From NCBI RefSeq assembly GCF_018350175.1, contig NC_058368.1, positions 148,306,001 through 148,370,000 on the forward strand: 64,000 nucleotides of DNA. The letters are read 5' to 3'. Below the pieces are notes generated by a model that was given only the letters and a program-made list of their open reading frames with translations, was not told the DNA's origin and did no database searches. Position numbers and translations under genes: made by a program. Shown in pieces: positions 10,641-25,183 of the stretch. The first letter of the stretch is position 1. Each line of letters begins with the position of its first letter. The DNA is from Felis catus (Eukaryota).

Positions 10641-11792
10641 GTCCATTTCTTCTAATTTTCCCAAAGAGTAAATAAGCTCAGGGTCACCCTTGTTTCCAAA
10701 GATCATAAAACTCAACATGGACAGAACCCAAACTATGTAGTAGTTGTTCTATTAGTGACTTCTCAATATTCTTTATGTTTCTAAATGTTTATTATGTCAT
10801 TCTCTATGTCACAGAATTTATATTTTAGTTCCATTTAATTCAAAACTAAATCATTGTTAGTAGTACTCTCCAATAAGTTATTTTTAGTAGAAGGGGAACC
10901 CTAACTTAGGCAGAATAATGGTAACACTTAGGAGAAATGAGAAATTAAACCTAAACCAGGATTGGGAGCAACAGTGACCTGTAATATCAATATAATACCT
11001 TAAGTGTGTCGGTGGCACGGATGATTTAATATGGAAGTACCACATTGTGTTTTAATTTTGGTATGATGATTCGATTTGATTCGATGGACACACACAAAAA
11101 AATCATTTGAATTTAATCTTTAAACTTTTGTACATATTTGCCCCTTGTGACTTTAGTCAAGCATGCCAAATCATTACAACAGAGTTCCCAACTGGTATAG
11201 AGATTTTCTTTAGCATGTATAATGAAGTGCACTGTAAACTGGAGTAAGGTTACAGCTAGGTCTGCCAGCTTGCTGGAAGCCGGAATGAGAAAGCACAGAT
11301 AGTTGATTTGTATTGATGCAATCTCTAATTTGGTTATGTTTCAATCTTTCCAAAAGCTTTTAAAATGTGTCGTGGAATGAAGTTGGATGATTACACATTG
11401 TCTTCTACTAATAATAGGTATAAATTCAGCACATCTTAAAAGCCTGCATGAATGTGTCAGTTTACAGGAGTGATATTGAAATTATCTACAGTGATGCATT
11501 TCAAGGAGAACACAAACAGTAAGATAAATGGAAATACAACTATTTTTTTAATAGACTCTTTCTTAGGGAAAATTTCCACTCGTGTCTACAAGCTTTTAAG
11601 GAGAACAGCAGCCTAGGAGTCAAAAATAGTTGGTGGTCTAAAGTAGCTGGAACTATGTCAAGTTGGTCCATTCATACTCTGGTCAGTCTCTAAGCAATGT
11701 TAACTACCTCACAGCGCACAGCATCTACTAAAGCATCTATTTTCATACTTGCATGAAAGACAGGCACATAGCTGACTATAACTAAAAATGTA

Positions 11793-11795
11793 AAA

Positions 11796-11862
<67 letters not shown>

Positions 11863-11945
11863 GAAGGAAGGAAGGAAGGAAGGAAGGAAGGAAGGAAGGA
11901 AGGAAGGAAGGAAGGAAGAAGAAACAGAACAAAGCAAAGAAACAA
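11793..11945. repeat. (GAAA)n(GGAA)n compound tetranucleotide microsatellite
   Basis: Seen directly. Confidence 0.97.
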
Positions 11946-12287
11946 AAACCTGTTTTCACAAGGCCCCTTCTATTTCCCACTTATTCAGCTTAGAGCACTA
12001 TACTTAATCTAATTCTCCCAATAACACCCAGCTCTGGGTTTTTCCTACTCTCGTCCCCCATGAAAAATAAGAACAACTGTCCTCCATCTTTCCAACTTGA
12101 TCTCCTGTTGACAGAACAGTCTGTTTCATTGAGTTGGTGATAAACACTTAGACTTGTTTATCAATGACTCATGGATTATGGGATATGCAATTTCAACAAT
12201 GACACAAAGTGCTGGATTTAGAGAATATGACATATTACTCCATTCATTGACCACATTTATATTGTATATTTAAGATAGTCAACACTC

Positions 12288-12362
12288 CCTCTCTCTCTGG
12301 TCCTCCTGTGTTCATGCTCTGTCTCTCTCTCAAAAATAAACATTAAAAAATTAAAAAAATAT
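12288..12362 (+). mobile_element. 5'-truncated CAN-SINE (3' ~75 nt only)
   Basis: CT tract plus tail; perfect TSD atagtcaacactc at 12275-12287 and 12363-12375. Confidence 0.9.
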
Positions 12363-14289
12363 ATAGTCAACACTCTGTGCTTTGCAGGACTACATTACAG
12401 AGATATAAATGATATTTCACATTCCTTACAACCTAGACAATAATCATAAATGCAGAAATTTCAGGCATCTTAAAAATTCTTTGGGTGTACAATACTGTAT
12501 GTTTTATTTTGAGATGTTTAGGGACCTATAAATTATAACACATAATTAACTATAAGTTGTGCCTATGTATATGACTGTGTCTATGCAAAAGTAAAAGACA
12601 GAGTTATATGAGCCTTTCTTTTAATTCTAGGCGTTTTAGTTTTACAACGCTGTATAGAGAAAATGGAAGTACATTTACTATGGACTAGTTCAGAACCAAA
12701 TGAAACATTAGTAATTTATTCAATCTGAAAAATGTACTTGTAATTACATCTCAAAGATTCATTTGAGATTCATTCATATATTACTAGGATCCAAGACAAC
12801 CCGAAACGTAACTTTGGTAAGGCAAAACCAATCTAATATCTCAAGTTAGGAAAATTTACTGAGAACTAACAATACAAACATACATATAAGTGCACACATG
12901 CACACAGAGTCACACGTAGGTCTGTGCATATATGCTGTTAGTTTTTCTTACTTTCCCTCTTTCTTTCCTCAAACATCACATGGGCAAAATGATAAAAACA
13001 TGTTGGAGCTAATGTAGAAGAGCGTTTAGATAATTTAAGAGCAGATAAGAAACTACCTAACAACATAATTTGGCCCTTAAAGCCATTGGTGACATTTCTA
13101 AACATCTAATAATTACACAGTTGAACCTCTTTCTAGAGTTCAATGTGAAGTTAAAGCTCACCTGGGGGCTTACTGAAACTTATGCATGGTCAAATCTTAA
13201 CTTTTCTCTGCCTGGCTAGAAGGAAAGCTGATTTCCACAACTCTACAATCTGACATTTCATCTACAACATTCTTTATATTGGTTTGTCTCACTTAACAGT
13301 AGAGTTTATTTGTGTCTATTTCTGTTCCACTTTTGTAACAAACAGATGGAACCATGAAACAGTATGTGTTTGCTTTCTAGTTATATCACAAGAGTTATTC
13401 TCAAAAAGATTGTATGTATCATATAGTTATTTTTCCCAAACCCTTCCAATTCAGTAGTTAATTCAAAAAGTCTCTCTGAAGATAGATTGTTACTATTTTA
13501 ATATTTCTTGGCATAACAGCTTCCCATTTAGCTGCAAAATTGTATTCTAATTAAATTCTTTTCAAGGAGCTATGCAAATTATTGGCAGACTTAATGCTCC
13601 CAGCATGTATCTTTTCTTCCACTGCAAGATTTCAGGAGTTTCATGCACAATTAATTTACTAGAGACAATATCTTTATGTGTGTGATTCATAATACTGTAT
13701 TATTTGGGGATATCTCCTTCCTTTAAAAGAAAATCCAGGAAATAGAGACATCTTTCAATTTTCATCTTTTTTTCTCTGACTGCCATTTAACTTCATTTGG
13801 ACGGCTGAATTGAACTTTTAGAAAACTTACTTCCACAGAATGTTTTCATTGATGACTTTGTATCAAAGCCCAAATTTCAAATAGGCACAGATAGTCCTTT
13901 CATTCTCTTTGTCACATGGTTGTGTGTGCAGACAGCACAAATTCCTTTTTCTTTATTCTATACCATATATAACACTTTTCTCTTTGAATCTAATTATAGT
14001 ATTCCTCCCTTTTTTTTCCCCACCAATGGCCTCTTAACTAATTGTAGGCCATTTGAGAAATTATTTAATTTCTGGCAGGCTAGCCTAATATGAACCATAA
14101 TACAATTTATTTAATTCAACTAGGCTTAATGAAATCTTAAAATCTAAAAACAATCGAGACAAAAATTCTTAATAAACATTTGTTGAATAAACTTCCCCAC
14201 ATCTGCAATAATAAGACAACATTCACTTGTCAATTTTCCTGAAAGGACCTAATGAAATTCATTGCCAATTATAAGAGTAAAGGTGGATT

Positions 14290-14445
14290 ACCCCAGTCAA
14301 ATTCCTTAATCTCTCTGTGGCTCAGCCTCTTTCCTATAATATTGGTGTAATATTGGGAAAAACGTAATATTTATTTTATAGAATTATTTTGAGGATTAAA
14401 TGAAATACATATACAATGAATGGATCAGTGTCTGTCATCTATCAT
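14290..14445 (+). mobile_element. MIR fragment
   Basis: 'ccttaatctctctgtggctcag...tagaattattttgaggattaaatgaaata' MIR core. Confidence 0.7.
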
Positions 14446-16210
14446 TCAAACAATAACAACAACCACCACCACAATAATAATAGGTTTTCCTAAATAACAT
14501 GTCTTAGCTTCAGTTAGTTCTTTAGGAAAGTAAAAGATAGAGAAATAGCAGACAGGGGACATGGACCTAGTCAAGTCCAGGAACTCAGAGTAGAAAACAC
14601 AAAGACCAGAAACAATATTAACATTTTGACAGGTTGAATACAAAATGGAATAAGAACATGAGGTTATAGGCAGGTTTTGAATTTATGTGATGTGGAACTG
14701 ATAACAAAATGGACAAGGAGAGTGGGAAAAATCACAAGGCTGATGAGAATTGTTCTTTTGACAATCAACATAGGATGCATCAGGGTGGGGATGATAGGAA
14801 CATTATAAATAACCCAAAAAAACAAATATGCATTAACTTAAGCAATACCAACAAGCCCTTTCAAAAAAAATACCAGTTTCTTTTAGACAGACTGATCAAA
14901 TTCTTAGCATAATTCAATTGATGGGAAGAAATATAACAAGTCCTTTTTATAAAATATTTTGTTCTATTTCTCACACATCTAGATTTGGTTCCAATCTTTA
15001 AACATTTACATTTTTATAAAGTTATTTTTCTTATCATTTAAGTTAGCTTTGCGTGTAATACTTACACATATTCTGAAATTCTCAACTCAGAGTTTTTACA
15101 ACTAATCCCATTATATTAAAAGAGAATAATAACAACTATGGATTTTGAATATTTATTATGTACCAGCAGCTGGTCTAAACCTGTTTAATCCATTTACTTT
15201 TCATTGCAGTCTGATGGAATACTATTGAGAGATGAGCACAAAGGTAACTTGGTTCCAGAACTCATGAAAACATTAGGATGATCAGTCTGCTTCTTTAGTA
15301 AACAAATAATGTGGGAGCATCATGATGACCACAGAGGAGCCATTAGAATATCATTACTGTGGTAAGGCTTCTGAATGAAGTCAAGTAATTTATAGATAGC
15401 TGATTTTATTTTTTCTTGGACTCTTATATGTTTTCACTCTATTAAGTACATATTTTATTTAGGCAATCAAATGAACCAAAAAAGGCCAATATGTCTGGGC
15501 CTTTTGCAGGGAGAAATGCCCCCTGGCCCTCCCACACTCCTATTACAAGGTAGCATACTTTCATATTCAAACATCCTTCCCCTTGGATGGACATTGTTGA
15601 AAACTGATTTAAAGGCAATGCTTCCACATGGATGAAAGCTTAGCTGCATGGAATAAGCGAATAAGCTTAGCTTATTCTTGCCCTAGAGAGAGCAAGAGGA
15701 GTTGTACTACATTTCAGTGTATCATTCAAAGACAATAAATGTAACACACCTTGTACAGCAGCACTAGTCTGTGACCAAGACTCAGAGCTGTGACAATGTC
15801 TCCTCTCTTCCAATTCTTCACAGTCACTTTCTTCCTCATTGCTAATGCATCAGGAGAGAGAACTTTTCCCCAACTGGTCGCTTTCCTCCTGAGATCAAGT
15901 AAAAGAAATAATGAAATAATAAATATTAAATCAATTCCTTTATCTTAGAGAAAGAAGCTCAATAAATCAAAACAATCCTTTGTCTTTCTGAGCACGTTAT
16001 TTCAATGCATATTGAAATTTAATCAAATCATTGGGTGGATTTTATTGATCAAAGAGAAGATAATCACTGTATTCTATAACAAAATAGCCAAGTACAGTCT
16101 AACACCTATTTAACCCTTTCATCTAAATGCCATGCATACATAATGTAAATGGGATTTTAATATATTTTCTGTTAAAAAATGTTTAAATCCTAAAGTATAT
16201 CATTTAAAAT

Positions 16211-16567
16211 AAATATGGCCTTTTGTAGAAACATGGATGGAACTGGAGAGTGTTATGCTAAGTGAAATAAGTCATACAGAGAAAGACAGATACCATATGT
16301 TTTCACTATTATGTGGATCCTGAGAAACTTAACAGAAGACCATGGGGGAGGGGAAGGAAAAAAAAAAGGCTAGAGAGGGAGAGAGCCAAAACGTAAGAGA
16401 CTCTTAAAAACTGAGAACAAACTGAGGGTTGATTGGGGGGTGGAGGGAGAGGTGGGAGAGAGGGAGGAGGGAGAGGGTGATGGGTACTGAGGAGGGCACC
16501 TGTTGGGATGAGCACTGGGTGTTGTATAGAAACCAATATGACAATAAATTTCATATTTAAAAAAAAT
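16211..16567 (+). mobile_element. L1_Fc 3' end (young felid L1, 5'-truncated)
   Basis: 'tggatggaactggagagtgttatgctaagtgaaataagtcatacagagaaagacagatacc...gagggcacctgttgggatgagcactgggtg...gacaataaatttcatatttaaaaaaaa'. Confidence 0.92.
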
Positions 16568-19500
16568 TGTCTTTTTATATGGCGTAGTGTCCGTTAAGTG
16601 TTTTGATCATTTAATATTATTTGTTCCCCACTTAAGTCTCTTTTTCCCATTTATTTTCTAAAATACACTGAAATCAAAAGACTATTTTTCCATGGAAAAC
16701 ATACACAAGGAGATTCATCATTATGTAGCAGGAAAACTAGTGGCACAATAAATTATGCTCCCTAATGCTTAATGTTTATATTAAATAAATATTTGTTCTG
16801 GATAAAGCCCAATAACATATTTTAAAGTTAAAAAAATAAGAAAATCACAAAAAATATGAGTCATCTATAAATAACAAAAAGATTGTGAATAAGAAATAGA
16901 TGTCTACAACCCCAAATGCTGAGAAAGCCAAATTCTGTCTGTTTTGAAAATCTATTTTTGCTTATTTGTGATATTTTTAGTTTATAAAATTGTCAAAAAA
17001 TATTTCAATAACAAAGGGAGTTTTACAGCTTACAGAGAATAACTTAGAGCTAAATGATATAATTACATGCACCTTACAAATACACCTCTGTTGAGCTCTA
17101 GGAAGTAGTATGCATGGTGAATTAATCTTTGATAAACTGGCAGCCAGAATAGAGTTATTAAAGTGACAATTTTTGTTTGTTTTGGTTTTGTAAATTGCTG
17201 AGCAGCTGTGTTCCCATGTGACTGAAATAAGTAGAAAGGATTTCAGAATGCTGGGCAAACAAAAGTGTTCCAGGTGGCTAAATTATGAATCAAATATTTT
17301 CACATTCAAAACAAGAAACCTTGCTCTTATAGTCTATCATTCATATTCTACATGCACATACAAAAAAGCTTCACATTTTGAATACTGCCTCTGATCAGGA
17401 AAGGAGTTGGTATTTCAAATTCCTATTAAATTATTAATTAGCTAATTGAAGAAAATATGATTTGTTAGTAAAGCCATTAGGAAAATAAATGTCATCTGTT
17501 AACAAATTTTATAGCATGTTTAAACTAAAGTCAATTTGGATGCATCCAATGCTTTTAACTATTAGCAGGACCCAATGTATCAATGTTACTCTCAAGCAAT
17601 AGAAAAGACTGGATACTCTAAGTATAAAAGAAGAGTAGGTAAAATGCAAAGAGCACATATCAAGAAGAATCTACTATTCAGATAAGAGCTGATCAGGAAA
17701 GTCAGTAAGGAAGAGTACATTTAAAACTTGAGTGGCAATCAGGAAAATATAGTTAACAGAGTCACTTATAGCCATACTTAATTTCATGAAAGTATAAGCT
17801 GTATGACCATTTCATTTAGGTGTTACCAATATATTATAGTATTAGTTTTCACTAAATATTCACTCTAAGTATTTTCTCATAATGCATTCATTGGTCCTGT
17901 TTAATACAAACATTTATTCTTTATGTATTTCATTATGATTGTCCAGTTTGTGGATTATTCAAACTATTTGCTTTCTGAAAAGTTAATTTTTAGCCATTTT
18001 TACTAATTATTGGACTTCCACCAAAATGCAAGACTAATTACATTCATACTCTTAATGAATAGAGGCTTTTTCTTCAAAATATATTTTTCTTGATAAATTA
18101 AGAAAAATATACATTTTGAAAAGTTAAATTATATTTTCTAAAGTTTTAATATATTTTTGCATTGGTGAAGTAAAATTTAGCTGTGTATGAAAACAGATCA
18201 AGATAGTGATATACATTTTAGACTAAGAATTTCAAATTAGACAGTGACACTGATATGATTTTTTTCATTCAAGAATTTTAAAGTCAGTAGTATACAGAGA
18301 GTACAGACAGTGATTAGGCCAGAATAGTAAATAACTTTGGTGGCATATTTATAAATCTATGATAACAAAAGGAAAGAAGAACAAAAAGGGAAAGAATGAT
18401 TATTTTTTTAAAAAATTCAATTTATAGTCCATGTAAGGAGATTCGAAGGCTATACTCCTGTTCTCACAAAAGGAAAAGAAAAGCTGAATAAAATGAAAAT
18501 CAACAACTCTTAAAACCATCAGAGAATTGAGGTGTAACAGGGCAAACCACCTCCCTGGAAAGAAAGGAAGGTACCAAATAATCACAGTTTACCAAAAGCA
18601 TAAAACCCAAAAGCAGAAGCCTACCACTCAAACCAATACTAGTAGGAACACTTAAACTGTAACTGACAAATTTCTGGAGACTTAGTGTGTGTTAGCTTGA
18701 GAGTTAAAAACCTCTAAATGTCTAGTCATAGGAGGCCCCACACATTCATGAGTTTTGCCTTTAGGAATCCAATCAGGTTCTCAGGATAATGATCTAGGAA
18801 AAATTCCTCAGCCAACCTAGGAGAAAGGAAATACCAAACTCCAGCTCCCTGTAGCCTCCAAAAAAGCAGATGAAGACAACTGATGAGGGAGATGAGAAGC
18901 AAATGGGATGGTCAAAACATATGAACGCAGTCTCACTAAGAGAATGAAATGTAGTCAAAGAATTATAGATTGTTTTTCCTCTCCCCACATTTTACCACAT
19001 CATTCAGGTCCTTGTATAATATCTAGAAGAACTGCTTTAAAAAGAGTCTCTAGAAAAACTCAAGACACCATGAGAGACTAGGATGTTAGCTCTTAATACC
19101 TACCTCTACAGAAAACAGTGTACATAACCTACCTTCTAGCCAGATAAACATAAAACCTCACACTGCTTACCACAGTTTCTTTCACTAGACAATCATGTCA
19201 AGCTTTTAAGAAAAAGTCACAAAGCCACCTAAAAGGGATATTTTTAAAAAGTTTGAAGATACAAAGCAATAATCAGAACCAGACTCAGAAGAGATTTTGA
19301 CATTGGAAGAGATTTTGACATTATCAGATTGGAGTCTTAAAATAACAATGATTAACATGGTAAGAGCTCTAACAAAAACAGCAATAAAAAAGTGGACAAC
19401 ATGAGAAATTCAGAAGGGTAATGTAATCATGGAGATGAAAACTCAAAGGAAGAATCAACAGGGTATCATAGAAATCAAAAAGTCTATAATAGAAATGGAT

Positions 19501-19586
19501 ACTGGCTTTGAGGGGCTCACTTGTAGACTGGACACAGCCAAGGAAAGAATAAATAGCCTAGAAGATATGCCAGTATGAACTTCCCA

Positions 19587-19780
19587 GGGGTGCCTTGGTG
19601 GCTCAGTCAGTTAAACATCTGACTCTTGATTTGGCTCAGGTCATGATCTGAAGGTTGTAGAATCGAGCCCTGTGTCAGAGTCCACACTTAGTGTGGAGTC
19701 TGCTTAAAATTCTCACTTTCTCTCTCCCTCTGCCCTATTCCCCACTCACACACACACACTCTCTCTAATAAAATAAAAAA
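19587..19780 (+). mobile_element. CAN-SINE in L1 ORF1
   Basis: TSD aacttccca / aacctccca. Confidence 0.93.
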
Positions 19781-22700
19781 TAACCTCCCAAACTGAAAAC
19801 AAAGAGAAAGATGAATGTTAGAGAGATGGATAGATAGATGGATAGACAAACAAACAAATAAATAAATGAATGGGTAGAGTTTCCAGGAATTGAGGGACAG
19901 TTACAAAAGTCTAATATGCATGTACTGAGAATATAAAAACATAGGAGAAGAAAGGAACAAATACTTGACATAAAAATGTCTCATTGTTTTCCTAAATTAA
20001 TGACAGACACCAAACCACTGATCCAGAAAGTTCCAAAAACACCAAACAGGAAAATCCAAAAAACTTACACCTAGGTGTATTATTTTCAAAACGCAAAAAA
20101 TCAAAGACAAAGATAAACATCTTTAAAATCTAGGAAGGGGTAGAAAGCTTACTGATAGAGGAACAAGGATAAGAACTACATACAAGTTATCTTCCAAAAC
20201 CATGCAAATAGGAGAACAGAAAAGTAAAATATTAAAAGTGTTAGAAAAGGAAAACAAACAAAAACACCAAAATTCTGTATTCAGTAAAATTATCCCTTTA
20301 AAGTGAAGGAAAAAATACTTTTTCAGACAAACAAAAAATGAAAGAATTTGTTATCAATAGATCTATCAAGAAAAAAATATTAAAAAAGGCTATTCTGAGA
20401 AAAGAAAATTTTAAGTCAGACTCTTAGATTTACATGAAGAAAGGAAATATGTGAGAGAAGGAATCATTGAAGATAGAATAAAATATTTTTTTCATATTCT
20501 TAATTGATATAACACAGAATAATTTTTTTCAAATTATAATAGCAAACTGTATTTGATGATTATAGCTTAACATAAGTGAAACGAATGAAAACAATAATAC
20601 AGGAGAAAGGTGAGAACAAGGAATATAGTTTTAAGGTAGCTTCCTCATTCATGAAGTGTTCTTTGAAAGTAGACTTAGATTAGTTGTAAATGTGTATTGT
20701 AAATTCTAGAAAAAAAAACACTAAAAATATCCTAAAGTACAACTGATAGGCTAAAAAAAAAAAGAACAGAAAATGCAATTATTTAAAATGCTGAATTAAA
20801 ATCAGAAAGGCAGAAGGACTTGAAGACAAAAAGAAACAAAGAACAAGGATGATGAATAAAAAACTGTTACATATAGGTTAGACATTAAACCAACTTTACA
20901 TCAGTAATCACTTTATATGTGATTAATGCAAATTAAAAGACAATAATTGTCACTGGATAAAACCAAAATACTCAACTATATGTTGACTATAAGAAGTCCG
21001 CTTTAAAGACACAGATAGAATTAAAAACAAAATGATGAAAAAAGATAAAACATAATAATATTAATCAAAAGGAGCCAGATTAGCTATATAAATTTCAGAC
21101 AAAGTTAGCTTTAGACTAAGGAAACATTATCAGAGATAAAGAGGAGTATTACATAATAATAAAGGGATCAATTCACCAAATATACAAAATGCTGTGTATG
21201 TACCTGACAACAGAGTGTCAAAATACGTGAAGCAAAAACAAATGAAACCTAAATAAGAAATAGATGAATCCATTTTTGTAGCTGGAGACCTCAACATCTC
21301 TGTTAGTAATGGATACCCAATAATCATAAAACCAATAAGCTTATAGTTGAAATGACTAGTAACACCAATCATATGAATCTAATTGACATTTATAGAATAA
21401 TTCATCCAACAACAGAATATACATTCTCTTCAAGCACTCAGGGAAATCACCAAGATAACTACATTCTGGGCCATAAAATTATCTTAACAATTTTAGAAAG
21501 AAAAAGAAAATACAAAATATTCTCTTAGACCACAATATAATTAAACTAGAAATCATTAACAGAAAAATAGCCAGAAGGTCATCTAATACATCGAATAACT
21601 CTAGGTCAATTAAGAATTTGAAAAAAAAATATTTTAAACTAAATGAAAAAAGTATATAAAAATGTGAAGAATGTGAATAACACAGTGCTTTGAGAAAAAA
21701 TTATAACATTAAGTAAAGACTTTAGAAAACAGCAATCTAAGGTTGATAATTTAATCTTCTTCCATAGTAAATTAGACAAGTAAGAGAAAATTACATCCAG
21801 AGCACGAAGAAAAATAAAATAAAATAATCAGGTATCCATGAAATTGAAAATATGAAATTAATATAGAAAAAAACAATAACACTAAATGTTGGTTCTATGA
21901 AATAATAATAATAAAACTGATAAATATCAAGTCAGACTAATCAAAAAATAAAACAAAAAATCATACATTACTAATAGCAGAAATGAAAGTCTATAGTGAT
22001 CTCATGAACAAAAAAACATAATAAAGAAATATTATGAAAAAATTTATGCTCACAAATATGAAAACTGACGAAACAGACCAAGGTCTTCAAATACATAAGC
22101 CACAGAAACTCATAAAAGGAGAAACAGATAACCTGAATAAGCCTTTACCTACCAAGAAAGTGATTCAATAATTAATAGCCTTCCAAAGCAGAAAGCACCA
22201 GGCCTGGAGGGTGACACGGGGGAAGTCTATGAAACATTTAAGCAAGAAGTCATACTAAGTATACATAATCTCTTTCAGAAAACAGAAGCAGAAAAAAAAT
22301 TAACTCATTCTATAAGGCTGGTATTACCCTAAAATTAAACCAGATAAAACAATTACAGAATAGGAGAACTAAATACCAATACATCACATGAACATTCCCA
22401 ATAAAATATTAGCAGATCAAATGTAACAATTTATAAAGAATTATACAACATGACCAAATCAACTTAATAAAGAACATCTACCAAAAAATAAAAAAAAAGT
22501 CCTACAGTTAACACAATACTTAATGGTGCATATATGCTTTTTTCCAAGACCAAAGCCAAGACAAGGATGCTTTTTTCATGCCTTCTATTCAACACTACTG
22601 AAAAGTCCTAGCTAACACGATTTTTAAAAAGGATATAAAAAATAATAAAGATTATAAAGAAACCAATAAAAACTATCTTTAGATGATATGTTTATGTACA

Positions 22701-22895
22701 ATATCCAAAAGAATAAAATACATATATTCTTGGAGCCAATAAGTGATTTAAAAAGTTTTCAGGGTGTATTTTATGTGCAAGTTATATCTTATATATCTGC
22801 AGTTATCAACTGGAAATAGAATATCATTACATATAAATCACAAAGATAAATATTTAGGTAATCAGAGTGAAATTATAAAAAGTGAATGAAAAAGA

Positions 22896-23058
22896 GGGGT
22901 CCCTTAGTGGCTCAGTCAGTTAAGCATCTGACTGTGGCTCAAGTCATGATCTCACGGTTCTTGGTTTCAAGCCCCACGTTGGGCTCTGTGCTGACAGCTC
23001 AAAGCCTGAAGCCTATTTCAGATTCTGTGTCTCCCTCTCTCTCTGCCCCTCCACCACT

Positions 23059-23112
<54 letters not shown>

Positions 23113-23132
23113 AGTAAATAAACATTAAAAAA
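22896..23132 (+). mobile_element. CAN-SINE with expanded (CT)n, in L1 ORF2
   Basis: TSD aaagtgaatgaaaaa on both sides. Confidence 0.95.
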
Positions 23133-24953
23133 TTTATAAAGTGAATGAAAAAAAAAACTAAATAAATGAAGACATAGACCATGTTTATGGATAGGAGGAT
23201 AATATCATTAATATGTCATTTTTTCCCAACTTGATTATAGATTCAATGCAATGTCATCCAAAATCCCAGTCACTTATTGGGTAGATATTGGCAATCATAA
23301 CTATAGTTTATATGGAAAGGCAAAAGACACAGAATGACCAATACCATACTGAAGAGGAAGAAACAAATTTTGAGGACTGGCACTACCTAATTTCAAGAAT
23401 TAATATAAAGCTACAGTAATCAAGATAGCTTGGTATGGGAGAAAAATAGACAAAAATATCAATGGAAATGAATAGAGTCTAGAAATAGGCCACCACAATT
23501 ACAGCCAAATGAACTTTGGTAAAAGAGCAAGCAATTTGATGGAGGAAGGATAGTCTTTTCAACAAAATTTGCTGAAACAACCAGGCATGCATAAGTTAAA
23601 AAAAAATAAATTTAGACATAAAACTTTAATCTTTCAGAAGAATTAACTCAAAATGGATCCCAGACCTAAACTGAAATCATAAAACTATAAACTCTTAAAG
23701 TGTAACATAAAGGAAAATATAGGTGACATTGGGCTTGAAGATGACTTTTTAGATACAATGCCTAAAATAGCATCTGTGAAAGAAAAAGCTGATAAATTGG
23801 ACTCCATTAAAAATACAAAACTCTTTTATGAAGGTTATTGTCAAGAGATTAAAAATGGGGTTATAGACTAGTAGAAAATATCTACAAAAATGTACCTAAT
23901 TAAGGCACTTTTATCCTAAATATACAAAGAATCCTTAAAACTCAAAAAGACAAAAATGATCCAATTATAATAAGTGGGCCAAAGATGTGAACAGACACCT
24001 CATCAGAAAAGATATACAGATAGCAAATAAACATTAAACAACAAAACAAAACAAAAACTTAGCATCATGTTATTAGGCAATTGCATGTTAAAACAAGATA
24101 CCACTTCACACTTAACAGAAAAATAAAAGCCAAAAACACTAACAACATCAAATGCTGATGAGGATTTCTAGAACACAAACTATCGTTCATTGCCAGTGGG
24201 ATTTCAAAATGGTACAGTCATTTGGAAAACAAGCTGACACTTTCATAGACATTGCTTACATTATGATCCAGATAATGAGCTCCTTTGTATCTATCCAAAT
24301 GAGATGAAAATTTAATGTCCACACAAAAACATGCACACTTATGTTTATAGCAACTTTATTCACAATTGCCCAAATTTAGAAGAAGCCTAGATGTCCTTCA
24401 ACAGGTTAATGGGTAAATTAACTATGGTATATCCATACAATGGAATACTATTTAGTTTATAAAAAGATTAGCTATCAAGCCATGGAAAGATATGGAGGAC
24501 TCTTAAATACATAATAGTTAGCGACAGAAGCTAGTCTGAAAAGGCTGTATGATTCCAATTATATTGCCTTCTGGAAAAGGCAAAACTAGAGACAATAACA
24601 AGATCAGTGGTTACCAGGGATTTGAGGGAACAGAGAGAGAAGAATGAATAAGTGAAGCAAAGGGGATTCTTAGATATGATACTGTAATGATGAGTATATG
24701 ACATCATCCATTTTTTTACCCACACAACTATACAACACAAAGAGTAAACCCTAATATAAACCTTGGATTTTGGTTAATAACAGAGTATTAATAATGCTTT
24801 TTCAATTTTCTTTGCAATTCTTCAAATACACTACAGTAATTCAAGTTGTTAAAAATATGAAAAATGGTGTGTAGGGGTGGTGGGTAGAGAAAAGGAAGAA
24901 TATGAGAAGGCTAAACTTTCTACTCAACTTTTTAATAAATGTAAAATATTTCT

Positions 24954-25183
24954 TTTTTACATTTTTAATATTTATTTATTTTTGAGAGAGAGAAATAGAG
25001 AGAGAGAGAGAGAGAGCAAGCTGGAAGGGGAGAGGAGAGAGAGAAAGAGACACAGAATCCAAAGCAGGCTCCAGGCTCCAAGCTGTCAGCCCAGAGCCTG
25101 ATGTGGGTCTTGAACTAATGAACCGTGAGATCATGACCTGACTAAAGTCGGATGCTAATTCAACTGAGCCACCCAGGTGCTCC
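24954..25183 (-). mobile_element. CAN-SINE in L1 3' terminus
   Basis: Degenerate TSD aaatgtaaaatatttct / aaatttaaaacgtttct. Confidence 0.95.

Noticed and set aside
11702..11711. let-7-like 'TGAGGTAGT' on the minus strand
   Set aside because: The match stops after 9 nt; no rest of the mature sequence and no hairpin partner.
15517..15530. CTCF-like motif (tgccccctggccc)
   Set aside because: Mismatches at the two leading conserved C positions; a partial match is expected by chance in 64 kb.
15651..15677. 9-bp inverted repeat gaataagct-t-agcttattc with an adjacent partial duplicate
   Set aside because: Too short and isolated to support a function.
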